This document shows, piece after piece, positions 51,941-64,000 of a stretch of DNA of 64,000 nucleotides. A program made the position numbers and the translations under genes. The stretch comes from Mytilus trossulus (Eukaryota), in assembly GCF_036588685.1 (NCBI RefSeq), contig NC_086374.1, positions 52,328,001 through 52,392,000 on the forward strand, given 5' to 3'. Positions within the stretch are counted from its first letter, which is position 1, and each line of letters starts with the position of its first letter. The notes beneath the pieces were generated by a model. It did not search any database. It saw nothing but the letters and a program-made list of their open reading frames with translations, and was not told the origin of the DNA.

Positions 51941-52752
51941 TTCTTTCATCAATTACCCAGTCACCCTTTAAGTGGGACCCAAAATGTCTCCGGTTGAGAA
52001 AAAAATACGTTTTTTTTTAGATAGTCTTTATACCCACAACAAATTGGAGTGTACTGTTTTTAAAGAGAACTTGACAAATACAACAACAAAAATGGGATAT
52101 CAACGATACAATGGAAAGTTCTGATAATAAGGATAATTATAGTTCAAAACAAAGAAAACACAGTACTCTATAACTTAATTTTACAAAATAAATAAAAAAC
52201 AAAGGGACAATAAAACTATTTTTAGAAACCAAAGGTTATAATACAAATAGTTTCAAGGGAAATATCAGGAAACCGAATCAAATGTCTTGTTATTCTTAAT
52301 ACACCAAACGTGAACAAAACTACAGCAGTTGCCCGATACGCCCATAGATAAGGTTAATAACAATTACTGGTGTAGGAGAAAACACATTATATATGATAAA
52401 CTTTCATCTTTAATTATTCTTAAAATATATGAAGAAATATATTTATTAAGAATGCATAACAAAGGTACATCAAAGTGTTTCTGTTTGGTGTATTTATGTA
52501 TTGAGAATGGAAAAGACGGACACATAAGGTACCAATAGATATAGGAAGATGTGATGTGAGTGCCAATGAGACAACTCTCCATCCAAATAACAATTTAAAA
52601 AGTAAACCATTATAGGTTAAAGTACGGCCTTCAACACGGAGCCTTGGCTCACACCGAACAACAAGCTATAGGCCTGTTCAAAAGATATATTCGACAGATT
52701 ATAGCTCTTCATCTTTTATATAAGCTTTGGATTTCAAATATTTTGGCCACAA

Positions 52753-52796
52753 GCATCACTGAAAAGACATGTATTGTCGAAATGCGCATCTGGTGC
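52753..52796 (+). ncRNA. Type I hammerhead ribozyme (family 2), stems intact, one core substitution
   Basis: GCATCA-CTGAAAA-GACA(TGTAT)TGTC-GAAA-TGCGCA-TC-TGGTGC. Six-bp stem I and a palindromic mini stem III; the G of CUGANGA is replaced by A. Confidence 0.8.
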
Positions 52797-55700
52797 AAGA
52801 ACATTGGTACCGTTAATTTTATTAAAAAACATGGTTAAGAATCAAATGAATGTAGAAAACTAAAAACTCTGAGAGATATGAGATAACTTAAAAGTAGATG
52901 CTACGAGATAACGTTTGTCAATTATATTATTACACTTCAGATTTTCTTCTTCTTAAAACCATACACAATCATTTTGATAATTGTTCAAGAAAAAAATACA
53001 CAGTTAAAACATACGAACTTACCTTGTTTATAGCCATGACTATTTACATCATTTAGATGTACATTTCACTGTAGCTCTATGTGGGCGTATCTCCTGTCTG
53101 CTTCGATTTCGTTTTATGATTATTGATCGCTCTCAGAAAATTATACAAATATATTTCAGTACCATTCGACTTATTAATCATGTTAATAACATGCTTATGA
53201 TATCATTTCAATCTCTGTAATATTTCTAGTGTTTGATAATCATGTCTGATTTACAGGAACTTTGTCAATACACGAACCAATATAAAAGTGTTGATTAAAA
53301 GTGTGTATGAAATCAATTTTTACACAGCATGTAATTACTGTTCAAAGAAGTAGTATCAACAGGTTCAATCAGTCGTGTAATTGTTATGATTGCTTCTTTA
53401 ATTATAAGACATACATGAACTAGCCACTTTGTATTAATTACATGTAATGTACGTATGTCAATAGTTTGTCTCAAACAATAATTATATGCTTTAAATGCAA
53501 ACCAAAAGTATTTGAAACGATACCATTGATGGGAGAGTGTATACGTCTGTGTGAATATTGTATTAAAAAAATTATAATTGTAGCATTAAAATTATTCCAA
53601 AGACACGCATAAAAATAAGGAGATTTGGTATGTTAGCCAATGAGATACATTGTAACTATCCATTAAAGACCCCCCCCCCCAAAAAAAAAAAAAAAAAAAA
53701 AAATCTTATTCTTATTCTTAATTTTTTTTCGTAAAATATGCCTTTAAATGATAACAATTTATATTAAAAAAAGGGTAAAATATACATTTTCTGTACTAAG
53801 AATGGCGATTTTTTATCATCCCGTGTCAAAACTACGAATAGTGTGGGGGTTCACTGGATATTTTTCTTCTTCTCTAAACATTGAACTATCATGAACTATG
53901 AACAAAATATGATTGTGTAACAACGGTGCAATTATTTTGTCGTTTCGCCATTTACATTGCATATCGAGACTTATTTCTGCTGAAAAAAACACGATGAACA
54001 AAATACAATAAAAGAGGGACGAAAGATACCAGAGGGACAGTCAAACTCATAAATCGACAATAAATTGACAACGCCATGGCTAAAAATGAAAAGGACAAAC
54101 AGACACACATGATGTTATTTTGAAACAAAATCATGAGTAGAGAATTTTGAAGAAAAACACTTACAAGTGCTTATTATAATCAACATTGTTATCAAATACA
54201 ATTAAAAGATGGAAGATGCAGCTACCAGTATCCATAAGAATTGAATGCTTTTTCTTTATAATTTTGTTGGATTGTAAAAGCGTTGAACGTAGCACTTTAC
54301 GATCAACGCTTATACAACCCTATACAATTACAAAAAGAAACATTCTATTCTTATAGTTACATTTTCTGCTATAATCGTAAGATAACGACTAAATTTTTTT
54401 CGTTTGTTCTCATATGCATTGTTGTAACGTCGTCTGGGGAGCACATGCTGTCATGAATGTTATACATGTACGAATGATATTGGGAAACACAATCTATTTT
54501 TGGAATGTATCTCCATTGTTCAAAAACGGCCAGCCAAACTAAAGTTTGGATCCTTATGAAACCTAAATGAAATGTAATTAATACATACTGTTGATATGTT
54601 CGAGGTAGGCGTATAAATATGTCTACAATAATCATATTAAAAGTATCTGATATAACTAACTTGATAATAAGGATTTATCATATATACTGATGGAATAATT
54701 TGCAATACATTAAATTCAGAATGAAAATGGGTTATCGTGTATGTTTCATAAGAATCCGTACCTTTGATTGGCTAACAACAAGGCACTTCAATATCAAATT
54801 TTATTTCCATATAACAATCATCAGTTTTGACTGTTCGTGCTATCGGCCGTTACAATGTGTAAAAAACATTGCAGAGGGGCGTCAAGGGGACGGTTTAACT
54901 GCACGGAAGAACGCGAAATAAAATTATCACGATGAACGAAAAATTAAAAATTTCTTGCAGGTTGATCTTTTTACATATTTCACGAAACCATGAATAACGA
55001 CCCCTTTTCACGGATGCATGTGAAATACAAATGGCAAAACACGTTGCACGAAAAAAAACCTTTACCACCCTCATTGCATAGAAAAACGAAAGAAAAGCTT
55101 AAAATAACTCTTATTTTCATGAGTGTAGCATAACAATGTAGATATAAGAATTGAATGAGGTTGTAAAATTGCCGATCGTGCGCAATTTTTTAAGTATAAA
55201 GTGCATACAAAATGAGTTCTGCTATCGCGTACACACCAATAAAATCATAACTGAAAGAAGTATGATCTAATTTTTCAGTGCGTACTATGGAATTGTTTAT
55301 AAATGCAACATGAATACTTATTTTCATAATGTAATAACTTCAATGTATGACAGGCTTTAGTTATAAAGCCAGAAGGCGTTTATTTTAAAATGTAGGGGAC
55401 CTAAAAATTAGTATGTTCCCTTACATCCCTATAGCAAAGACATTATTTGTGAATTATACGCATTTTTTCTGTAGGAAGATTGCTACAAAAAGGACATATG
55501 CTGCAATAACCACTCATGTCTATTGGAAAAAAAAAATGTTTTGACCGGAAACCATTTTAAGCTTTTCAGTAAATGGTATTGAATTTTTATCACCATTTAT
55601 AATGAATTAATGTTTTTTCGATTTGTGTCCACACTATTACTCTAAATTGTGCATTTCGATTATCTTTTTGATTTTACTGGACCATGTTTTTCCATTCTGT

Positions 55701-55858
55701 CCTAATTTAGATTGGCTAACATAATATTCTAGCAAACTAGGCAAACCGCCACTATTAATTACTCAGTTTTTTTTCTTCAAAATATTGTTTTGAGTGTTTT
55801 TTGGCACTTCTTTTTGGCATTTTGGATCCTCATGGCTCTTCAACTTTGTACTTGTTTG

Positions 55859-55902
55859 GCGTCACTGATGAGTCTTATGTAGACGAAACGCGCGTCTGGC
55901 TT
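55859..55902 (+). ncRNA. Type I hammerhead ribozyme (family 1) with canonical core; predicted cleavage after C55896
   Basis: GTCA-CTGATGA-GTCT(TATGT)AGAC-GAAA-CGCGCG-TC^TGGC. All core nucleotides are present, stem II is 4 bp, stem III is palindromic and stem I is 4 bp. Confidence 0.88.
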
Positions 55903-56585
55903 ACTAAATTATAATCCTGGTTGCCATTACATTATCACTTTGTTTTCGTCTTATGAGTTTGAATGTATCTTTGGTATTTTTTGCCTGCCTTTTATCAAGG
56001 CAATATTTTTTTCAGAATAGTAAAAAAAAAGTATTGACAACAATAAAATACCGCTGTTCAAAAGTCAGAAATCGATAATGACAAAATAAATCCGAGTAAC
56101 AAACTAAAACTGCGGGAAACTATCAACTTTAAGAGAAAAACAACGGAACAATAGAAATACCAACTGCAAAAAAAAAACCCCCAAAAAAAACCACTCCAAC
56201 ATACACTATTAGATAACAACTGCCATATTCCTGACTTGATATTTAAGAGAAAAAAAAGTGTCATGGCTAGGCAACCTCTCGCTTCTATTGCACTGCTAAA
56301 ATGACAACAATACGTGACATGAATCCAGTACAAATAAAACGCTAGAACAATCAGCACAGAGAAACGCATATACAGTTTCGATATACATGTATTAGACTGA
56401 GTCGTTTTAACATAGTTATTTGACCACATCAACCAAAACTGAACTTATTTACACTTATCATGTACATATATATGGCCTCATTGTAAACCAATAATATTTC
56501 TATGTCAGGACGGATTGTATGATAAAAATGACACCAACTTTTAAACACAATACACCTTATTGCTAATCCTGGCTGACCTGACCTC

Positions 56586-56660
56586 TTAAGGTAGTTCAGG
56601 GGTATAGAAAAAAATCGACAGAATTTTCTTATACTTTGTGAAATTTAACTTTGAAGTATT
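56586..56660 (+). mobile_element. Putative Kolobok-like left terminus (TTAA-GGTAGTTCAGGGG) leading into the satellite
   Basis: TTAA followed by GG, then sequence grading into a degenerate first satellite unit; no matching right TIR found. Confidence 0.4.
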
Positions 56661-58430
56661 ATAAATGAAAAAATGCAAAAAAAATTGGGGGTCACCGGCC
56701 ATCTAAGAGATATTTTGACCTCTGAAAATGAGTGCAAATAGGTTATAGGAAATTATAGAGAAAATGGACACAAATACACTTTGATTGAAATTTCAGAGCA
56801 AAATAAATGACAGAAGTGGCTAATTTTTTCATACTGTATAGCTTGATGTCTCTATTTTATAAAATTGAAATAAAATTTGGGGGTCACCGGCCATCCAAGA
56901 GATTTTTTGACCTCTGAAAATGAGTGCAAATAGGCTAAATATAGGAAAAACAGACATAAAATATCTTTGATTAAATTTTCAGAGCAAAATAAACGACAGA
57001 AGTGGCTCATTTTTTCATACTGTATAGCTTGATGTCTCTATTTTATAAAATTGAAATAAAATTTGGGGGTCACCGGCCATCCAAGAGATTTTTTTACCTC
57101 TGAAAATGAGTGCAAATAGGCTAAATGTAGGGAAAACAGACATACAATCTCTTTGATTGAAATTTCAGAGCAAAATAAACGACAGAAGTGGCTCATTTTT
57201 TCATACTGTATAGCTTGATGTCTCTATTTGATAAAATTGAAATAAAATTTGGGGGTCACCGGCCACCCAAGAGATTTTTTTACCTCTGAAAATGAGTGCA
57301 AATAGGCTAAATATAGGAAAAACAGACATAAAATCTCTTTGATGAAATTTTCAGAGCAAAATAAAGGACAGAAGTGGCTAATTTTTCCATACTGTATAGC
57401 TTGATGTCTCTATTTTATAAAATTGAAATAAAATTTGGGGGTCACCGGCCATCCAAGAGATTTTTTTACCTCTGAAAATGAGTGCAAATAGGCTAAATAT
57501 AGGAAAAACAGACATAAAATCTCTTTGGTGGAATTTTCAGAGCAAAATAAACGACAGAAGTGGCTCATTTTTCCATACTGTATAGCTTAATGTCTCTATT
57601 TTATAAAATTGAAATAAAATTTGGGGGTCATCGGCCATCAAAGAGTTTTTTTACCTCTGAAAATGAGTGCAAATAGGCTAAATATAGGAAAAACAGACAT
57701 AAAATCTCTTTGATTGAATTTTCAGAGCAAAATAAATGACAGAAGTGGCTCATTTTTTCATACTGTATAGCTTGATGTCTCTATTTTATAAAATTGAAAT
57801 AAAATTTGGAGATCACCGGCCATCCAAGAGATTGTTTGACCTCTGAAAATGAGTGCAAATAGGCTAAATATAGGAAAAACAGACATAAAATCTCTTTGAT
57901 TGAATTTCCAGAGTAAAATAAATGACAGAAGTGACTCATTTTTTCATACTGTATAGCTTGATGTCTCTATTTTATAAAATTGAAATAAAATTTGGAGGTC
58001 ACCGGCCATCCAAGAGATGTTTTGACCTCTGAAAATGAGTGCACATAGGCTAAATATAGGAAAAACAGACATAAAATCTCTTTGATTGAATTTACAGAGC
58101 AAAATAAAGGACAGAAGTGACTCATTTTTTCATACTGTATAGCTTGATGTCTCTATTTTATAAAATTGAAATACAATTTGGAGGTCACCGGCCATCCAAG
58201 AGATGTTTTGACCTCTGAAAATGAGTGCAAATAGGCTAAATATAGGAAAAACAGACATAAAATCTCTTTGATTGAATTTACAGAGCAAAATAAAGGACAG
58301 AAGTGGCTCATTTTTTCATACTGTCATGACTGTATAGCTTGATGTCTCTATTTTACAAAATTGAAATAAAATTTGCGGGTCATCTACCATCCGAGATTTT
58401 TTTTAGCAAAATAAATGACAGAAGTTGTTC
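56660..58430 (+). repeat. 186-bp tandem satellite, nine full units plus a partial unit
   Basis: Anchor GTCACCGGCC (or variant) at 56691, 56883, 57069, 57255, 57441, 57627, 57812, 57998, 58184 and 58379. Confidence 0.97.
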
Positions 58431-60386
58431 ATTGTTCAAAGAGGGGTTGACCTCTGCGGTTGTATAAAGCTGTGTCCTGCGGAGCATCTGGTAATTATTG
58501 TGCTTAAACCATATTTGTGACAACATATGTTAACTGTGAGCCGACAGTCTGCTTAGTTTTTATCCACAAGTCTCAATCTGACTTTCTATCTAAAAGGTTT
58601 TTATGTGTCAATATTTGTGTTTCAATACAAAAGGAAGATATGGTATGCTAATTGATTATTTATGAGGCAACTCTCCGCAATAGACAAAATGACACAGAAG
58701 TTAACAGCTACAGGTCAAAAGCCGTTATCGCATAGTGAGATGTAAGAGGCCCTTCAATGACTAATGAAAAACAATTCAAATGAGAAAACTGAAGGCATAT
58801 AAATGTACAAAATGATGAACTAAAAAAAATATGTGACACAACAAAAGACAACCACTGTCTGAATTACAGGTTCATGACTTGGGACAGGCTCATACATAAT
58901 GAGCCACTTCTGTCACATACATAATGTTTGAAGGTGACAACCCTTCCCCTTAACCTGGCCATGGGACAGTGGTATAATTTGGTACAACATAGGCATGATA
59001 GGGGTTTTATCAATTTGTATTATTCATTTTTGAACTCTAAATCTAGCGAAAAGTAGATTATCACAGATAAATTTGCAGAATGAGTTGTATGAATAGTCAG
59101 GACCCTTGTTTTACAAACTTTATGGAGCAAAAAAAATGTGATGAGGTTTGTATGTACATAAAGTCTGTCATAAAATTAAAGGTTTCAGTATATTCACATT
59201 TTACAATATTTTTTGTAACTGCTGTATTTCACATGTTATTTTTCTTTTCTATTATAGTCTGTAGAATAGTAAGTGGTTCAAATATACATGTATGCCTCTT
59301 GAGACTTAAATTACATGCAATAGAAATCAGCCCCCCCCCCCCCAAAAAAAAGAAAATTTTAATAACTTCAGCTGTAATATGCATTTTTAAATGTAATGTA
59401 TGTGCTAGGGGCCTAAATTGACCCTGAATTATTTGAAGTGTTTTGGCCTAAGGATTTTTAATACTTAAAGTACTATTAAATTATTACATGTATATTGTAA
59501 TATACTATGCAATTGGTAATTTCCTTTTTATTTAAAGTACATTTTAAACATATGGGAGGATTCAGAGGCAGCCCTAGGAAAAATTTGGTTAATTATATTG
59601 GGAATCACTGGAGCATGACCTGAGTGGGTCCCCATTTAGGGCAGTCAGTGAGCCCCCTCTTATGAAAAATTCTGGATCCGCCACTGGGATTTTTTATACA
59701 ACAAAAACATTCATGAGGTTTTAAATTGCAGGAAAATATCACCTCTTCATACAAGCCCCCCCCCCCCCCCCTTTTTTTTTCATTCAAAAACCTACTAAAC
59801 ATGCTAAAAGTCACATACATTTGTACTTATACATTTGTATAATTTTGACTTTTGAATAATTATTAAACATTCTACATATATATATCAGATACATGTACAT
59901 CAATTTAGTCTGTAAAAACATTTTGTCTATAATATATATCTTATAATTGCCATGAAACTTGGTCCGTAGGCTTTAAATTAGTAATCTCTGGTCATACAAA
60001 ATTGGTTAAGATCAGTTAGTTCCTACTATCCTATTACACTGAAGAAACATCCTTTGATTTTATCTTTATTTACAAAATAAAGACTCTTGTGCGGACATTA
60101 CCATGCGTTCCACATGAAAATCAATTATATAATCATTTTTGTAAATTTGATTACATATCTTGGAATATTTTTTTCATACACCTTTAATAAATATGCCTTA
60201 AAGAGGAAGTATTTTTAAAAGAGTTGAAATTATACTCACGGTAACTTTTGGTCATGAATGGACCACCTAAAAAACCTTAAAAAATGTCTGAAGCCATCAT
60301 TGAAAAGAAAATGACACCCACTTAGTGCAGGTGTAATTTTTTAAAGTTTGCATTTAATGTCTTTAACATATTAAAGAAATGCTCTT

Positions 60387-60444
60387 CGAAATAACTGTGT
60401 AGACCCCTAACAAGCCGAAATAACTGTGTAGACCCCTAACAAGC
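60387..60444 (+). repeat. Perfect 29-bp tandem duplication
   Basis: CGAAATAACTGTGTAGACCCCTAACAAGC occurs twice. Confidence 0.9.
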
Positions 60445-61120
60445 TTTTAAATTTAGAAAAATATCACTTTATGGCAAGACCACTTTTCCTGTTTAGGTAG
60501 TAAAAGTTTTGTTTTTCTCTCATGAAGATTCTGTGGGATCAAATATATTATAGGGGGTAAGGAAAAGGTTTAAAGAATAGAGAATAATGCATGTAATGTT
60601 CACAATCAGGGTTTCCCCTGGGTCAATTATTTTTTTCGCCACCTCTTTCGCCAAAACAATATACTTTTCGCCACTTTATGAGTCACAATACATTTGTAAA
60701 TAAAAGAAAATAGACATACATGTAACAATGAAGAAAAACTGGGTTGTTAAATTATAAGAAGTACAGAAAAATGGGAAAAAATAAATAGAGATAAATCGTA
60801 TAAAGAATTAGTTAGGAATGAAATGAAGGACCCTCAATCCAGACCATTGGTAAGAAAGGTAGTTTTGTGAAATGATTCATTTTAAAAAAATATTTATACG
60901 GTCTAGATCCTGCTAACTTGTTTAAACTCTCAAAATTATTCATGTATGTGTCTGTCCCAAGTCAGGAGCCTGTAATTCAGTGGTTGTCATTTGTTTATGT
61001 GTTACATATTTGTTTTTCATTTATTTTTTAATATACAAATAAGGCCGTTGTTTTCTTGTTTGAATTGTTGTACACGTACATCATGTACATTTACATTGTC
61101 AAATCTGGGCCTTTCATTGC

Positions 61121-62680
61121 TAAAAAATCGACACTTACTCCGAAAGCCAAAGTGGCCCATCACCAAGATACGCTTCACTCAAATCTGGACAGCATTTTTA
61201 CTGTGATTGAAACTGTTGATACAGCACTTGTCTCTATAGTTGGTATAGTTTCAGACATCAAACATGCTGTTGATGATTTTGACAATTTATCATCAAAGAG
61301 TGAAAACCAACTCAAGACTTTCACAAAACATATCAAAGAACAACTTAGTACTATAGAAAGCAAAATAAAACATAATACTACATCTAAAGAGTCTCTACAT
61401 GTGAAATCTAATTCACTTGATAAACAAGTAAAAGATTTAAATATAAATCAGATTAAAATTATGGACAAGTTGGATATTATTCAAAAATCAGTTCTATCGC
61501 ACAGAGAGGAACAAGAGGATTCAATAACTGAACTTAAAGAAAAATTTTATACGTTTGAAACACAAATTATAAAGGAACATGATAAACATTTAAAAGATAA
61601 ATTAAACGTACAAGATGAGAATGTATTTTCTCTCAACAATATCCTGGACAAGCCGAAGGACATAAACAACAACGATCAAAGTATAAATAGTTCTCAAATG
61701 CACCCAGGCGATGATACTAAACCAGGAACAGACATAGACAATCTCATTCTTGGTGATTCCATAATTAGAAGAATTCAAGCAAGGAGATTCAACCCATATG
61801 AATCTACAGTTATAAACTATATAAATGGGGGGGGGGGGGCTGACAGTTGTATAGAATATGTACAGAAAGCCGGTTATAAATTAAATCCCAAAAAGGTACT
61901 TGTGAACATTGGAGGAAGAGACCTTCGTGGAGACGGGGTTAAAGAGCACAAATTCAAAGAGTTATTCTCTGGTATTACCAGAACATGGCCTAAGTCGCAA
62001 ATCTTTGTTCTCCCTATACTGAAAAGGAAAGATATTCCATATGATCAAGTGCAGATGGCAAATCAGACAATACTATCTGCCAGTCAAGGCTTCAAAACTA
62101 TCTAACACTAGATCCATTTGTACCAGCAGACAATATGTACTTTGATCATGTGCATCTAAACACTACTAAAGGCATACCATCGCTTGTAAAATTTTTGAAA
62201 AAAGGTATGAATATTACACCTTCGAAAACCAATTCATCACAACCGTACAAGTCAACCACAAGACAAAGGGATCGACCCAATCAAACTACTAGACGTTATG
62301 ACCACCAATATAACCAATTTTCAACACATGAGGATCGTCTAACAAACGAAAGATACAGAAATTATAATAACAACCAAGTTAACAATATTCAACTCCAACC
62401 AGAGTTTCCACAACCACCAAGGTTTCCGCAATCACAACCATTCAACATGAACAACACTCAAGAACGACCACCGTGTCCACAACCACAACAATTCAACATG
62501 AATACTAGTCAACGACAACCGTTTCCACAAACAACAACATTCAACATGAACAATAATCTACACAGGATGCCATTCCTGCAAGCACCACCAGTCAACCTAC
62601 CGCCTTTGCCGTATTATCCGTGGCCATGGGGCCCATTTAACCAACCAAGTAACCAAAATGGCTTTTCAAATTATCCGTAA
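61121..62680 (+). pseudogene. LINE ORF1p (coiled coil + SGNH/GDSL esterase), frameshifted near 62102
   Basis: ORFs 61056-62105 and 62135-62680 are in different frames; restoring one base near 62102 gives ..FKTI(x)TLDPFVPADNMYFDHVHLN. The N-terminal ~22 codons of the called ORF are family-A repeat sequence. Confidence 0.85.
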
Positions 62681-63168
62681 ACATTTGTTACAATCAGTAT
62701 TAATTGCATATCAAAAGATAAACATGTGAAACCTATCTGTTATTGTTTAAAAACAATTGTAATTTGGTGTACTTATTTGCCTGACAAGTCAAGATATGAC
62801 TAAAAATCAATGTTTTGGGGTTGTTTTTTGTTTTTTTTCGTTGTTGTTTTATTTGTTCTTTTCAAATATATATATATATAAAGTATGAATATTCATAGTA
62901 ATGAGAAAGAGAAATGAAAACACCATTTTTTCATTCTATACTGTTTATAAAAGGAAAACATTTTTCTTCCCATTTTTATGTTATATATATATGATAAATC
63001 ATAAAAATAATGAAACTTCTATTAACCATTTATAATAGTAAAAATACAAAAAATGGATCATTTAATTCATTGTAATTTTAAAATTATCAATTCCTTGACA
63101 AAGGATCATCCAAAATCAACTCCAATTTTGTCCTTTTAACTTATACTTTAAATCATTTTACTAAAATA

Positions 63169-64000
63169 ATGCCAAAACTTAGTTCTACTGAATATAACCT
63201 TAACATTGGCATGTGGAATATTCAAGGTTTAAATTCAGAAAAAATTACTGATCATGCATTTGTAAATTTTGTATCAAAAATGCATATTATTAGTCTTGTT
63301 GAAACTTGGAGTGACAGTGGTAAACCTGTTGATAATATACCTGGATTTGATTTTATGTGTAATAGTACTAGGAAAAAACATAAAAGAGCCAGACGTGGTT
63401 CTGGTGGTATTTCTCTGTATGTCAGAAGTTCTATATATATATAAAGGTATATCCAAACTAACTTGTACTCATAATAATGCTGTATGGGTTAAACTAGATA
63501 AACATTTTTTTAATCTTAAGAATGATATTTTTATGGCTACAGTATATTTTTCACCAGAATATTCTTCTGGTTGTACAGAAGACATAAATGAAGTTTATTC
63601 AAAGTTGCTAAGAAATATTGAGCACTATAGTCAACTTGGAGATATTGTAATACAAGGTGATTTTAATGCATATACTAATACTATTCCTGATTTTGTTATC
63701 TCTGATAAAGCAAAATTTCCAAAATCAAAAGACAATGATTATTCAATTGACTCACATAATTTAAGAAATAATCTTGATTCAAAATCTGCAAATAAGAGTG
63801 GAAAGTTATTAATTGATTTATGTAAAGAATCCGGACTCAGAATACTGAACGGAAGAACTATTGGAGACCCTTTGGGCAAATGTACATGTATAACATATAA
63901 TGGTTCCAGTCTTGTAGACTATACACTTGTGTCTTCTAATATATTACAATGCATTGGAAACTTTAAAGTTAGTGATTTTACTCCAATATCAGATCACTGT
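63169..64000 (+). pseudogene. LINE ORF2p, APE endonuclease domain, frameshifted in a (TA)n run at 63432-63443
   Basis: 'MWNIQGL', 'LVETW', 'SGGISLY', then +1 frame 'AVWVKL..QGDFNAYT..LRILNGR..SSLVDYTLVS..SDHC' open to the end of the window. Confidence 0.9.

Larger units (their letters stand above)
61121..64000 (+). mobile_element. 5'-truncated non-LTR retrotransposon (CR1/L2-group-like, esterase-bearing ORF1), continuing past the window end
   Basis: ORF1: coiled coil, SGNH blocks 'LILGDSII', 'VNIGGRD' and 'DHVHLN', then a Q/N/P tail. An AT-rich spacer precedes the ORF2 APE endonuclease motifs. Confidence 0.9.

Noticed and set aside
56660-58430. CRISPR-like regular repeats
   Set aside because: Whole units are repeated with no unique spacers, there are no cas genes, and the context is eukaryotic.
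60607-60680. CAGGGTTTCCCCTGGG with three TTCGCCA motifs, like a hAT left end
   Set aside because: No partner TIR or TSD in the window; too short to call.
61056-61120. Called start of the 349-aa ORF
   Set aside because: These codons are reverse family-A repeat sequence; the real ORF1 N-terminus is truncated.

Overview
AT-rich eukaryotic genomic DNA, most likely a bivalve such as a Mytilus-like mussel; this is inferred from the repeat and ribozyme families and is not proven. There is one intact protein-coding gene: a class-A GPCR with an uninterrupted ORF on the minus strand (44931-45866, GPR21/GPR52-like). The first ~34 kb is an old, degenerate tandem array of ~6-9 kb units. My hand translation suggests that each of four units carries a decayed, intronless 7TM class-A GPCR pseudogene on the minus strand, which the ORF track sees only as fragments. 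The array is loaded with later insertions whose empty sites are visible in sister units: a Tc1/pogo-type MITE, a Helitron-N, a 453-bp TIR element, a Crypton-like hairpin element, and a self-nested cluster of four ~1-kb PIF/Harbinger-type elements that forms an ~860-bp-arm inverted repeat. Type I hammerhead ribozyme (retrozyme/Penelope-like) motifs of two families are scattered through the window; one has a canonical core (55859-55902). The right half also holds a Helentron/HINE-like composite element with nested inserts, Kolobok-like TTAA elements, a 186-bp satellite next to a transposon end, and a 5'-truncated, frameshifted non-LTR retrotransposon (SGNH-esterase ORF1 plus APE ORF2) that runs off the window end. 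No rRNA, tRNA or CRISPR array was recognised. All comparisons were made by eye; repeat boundaries without TSDs are approximate.
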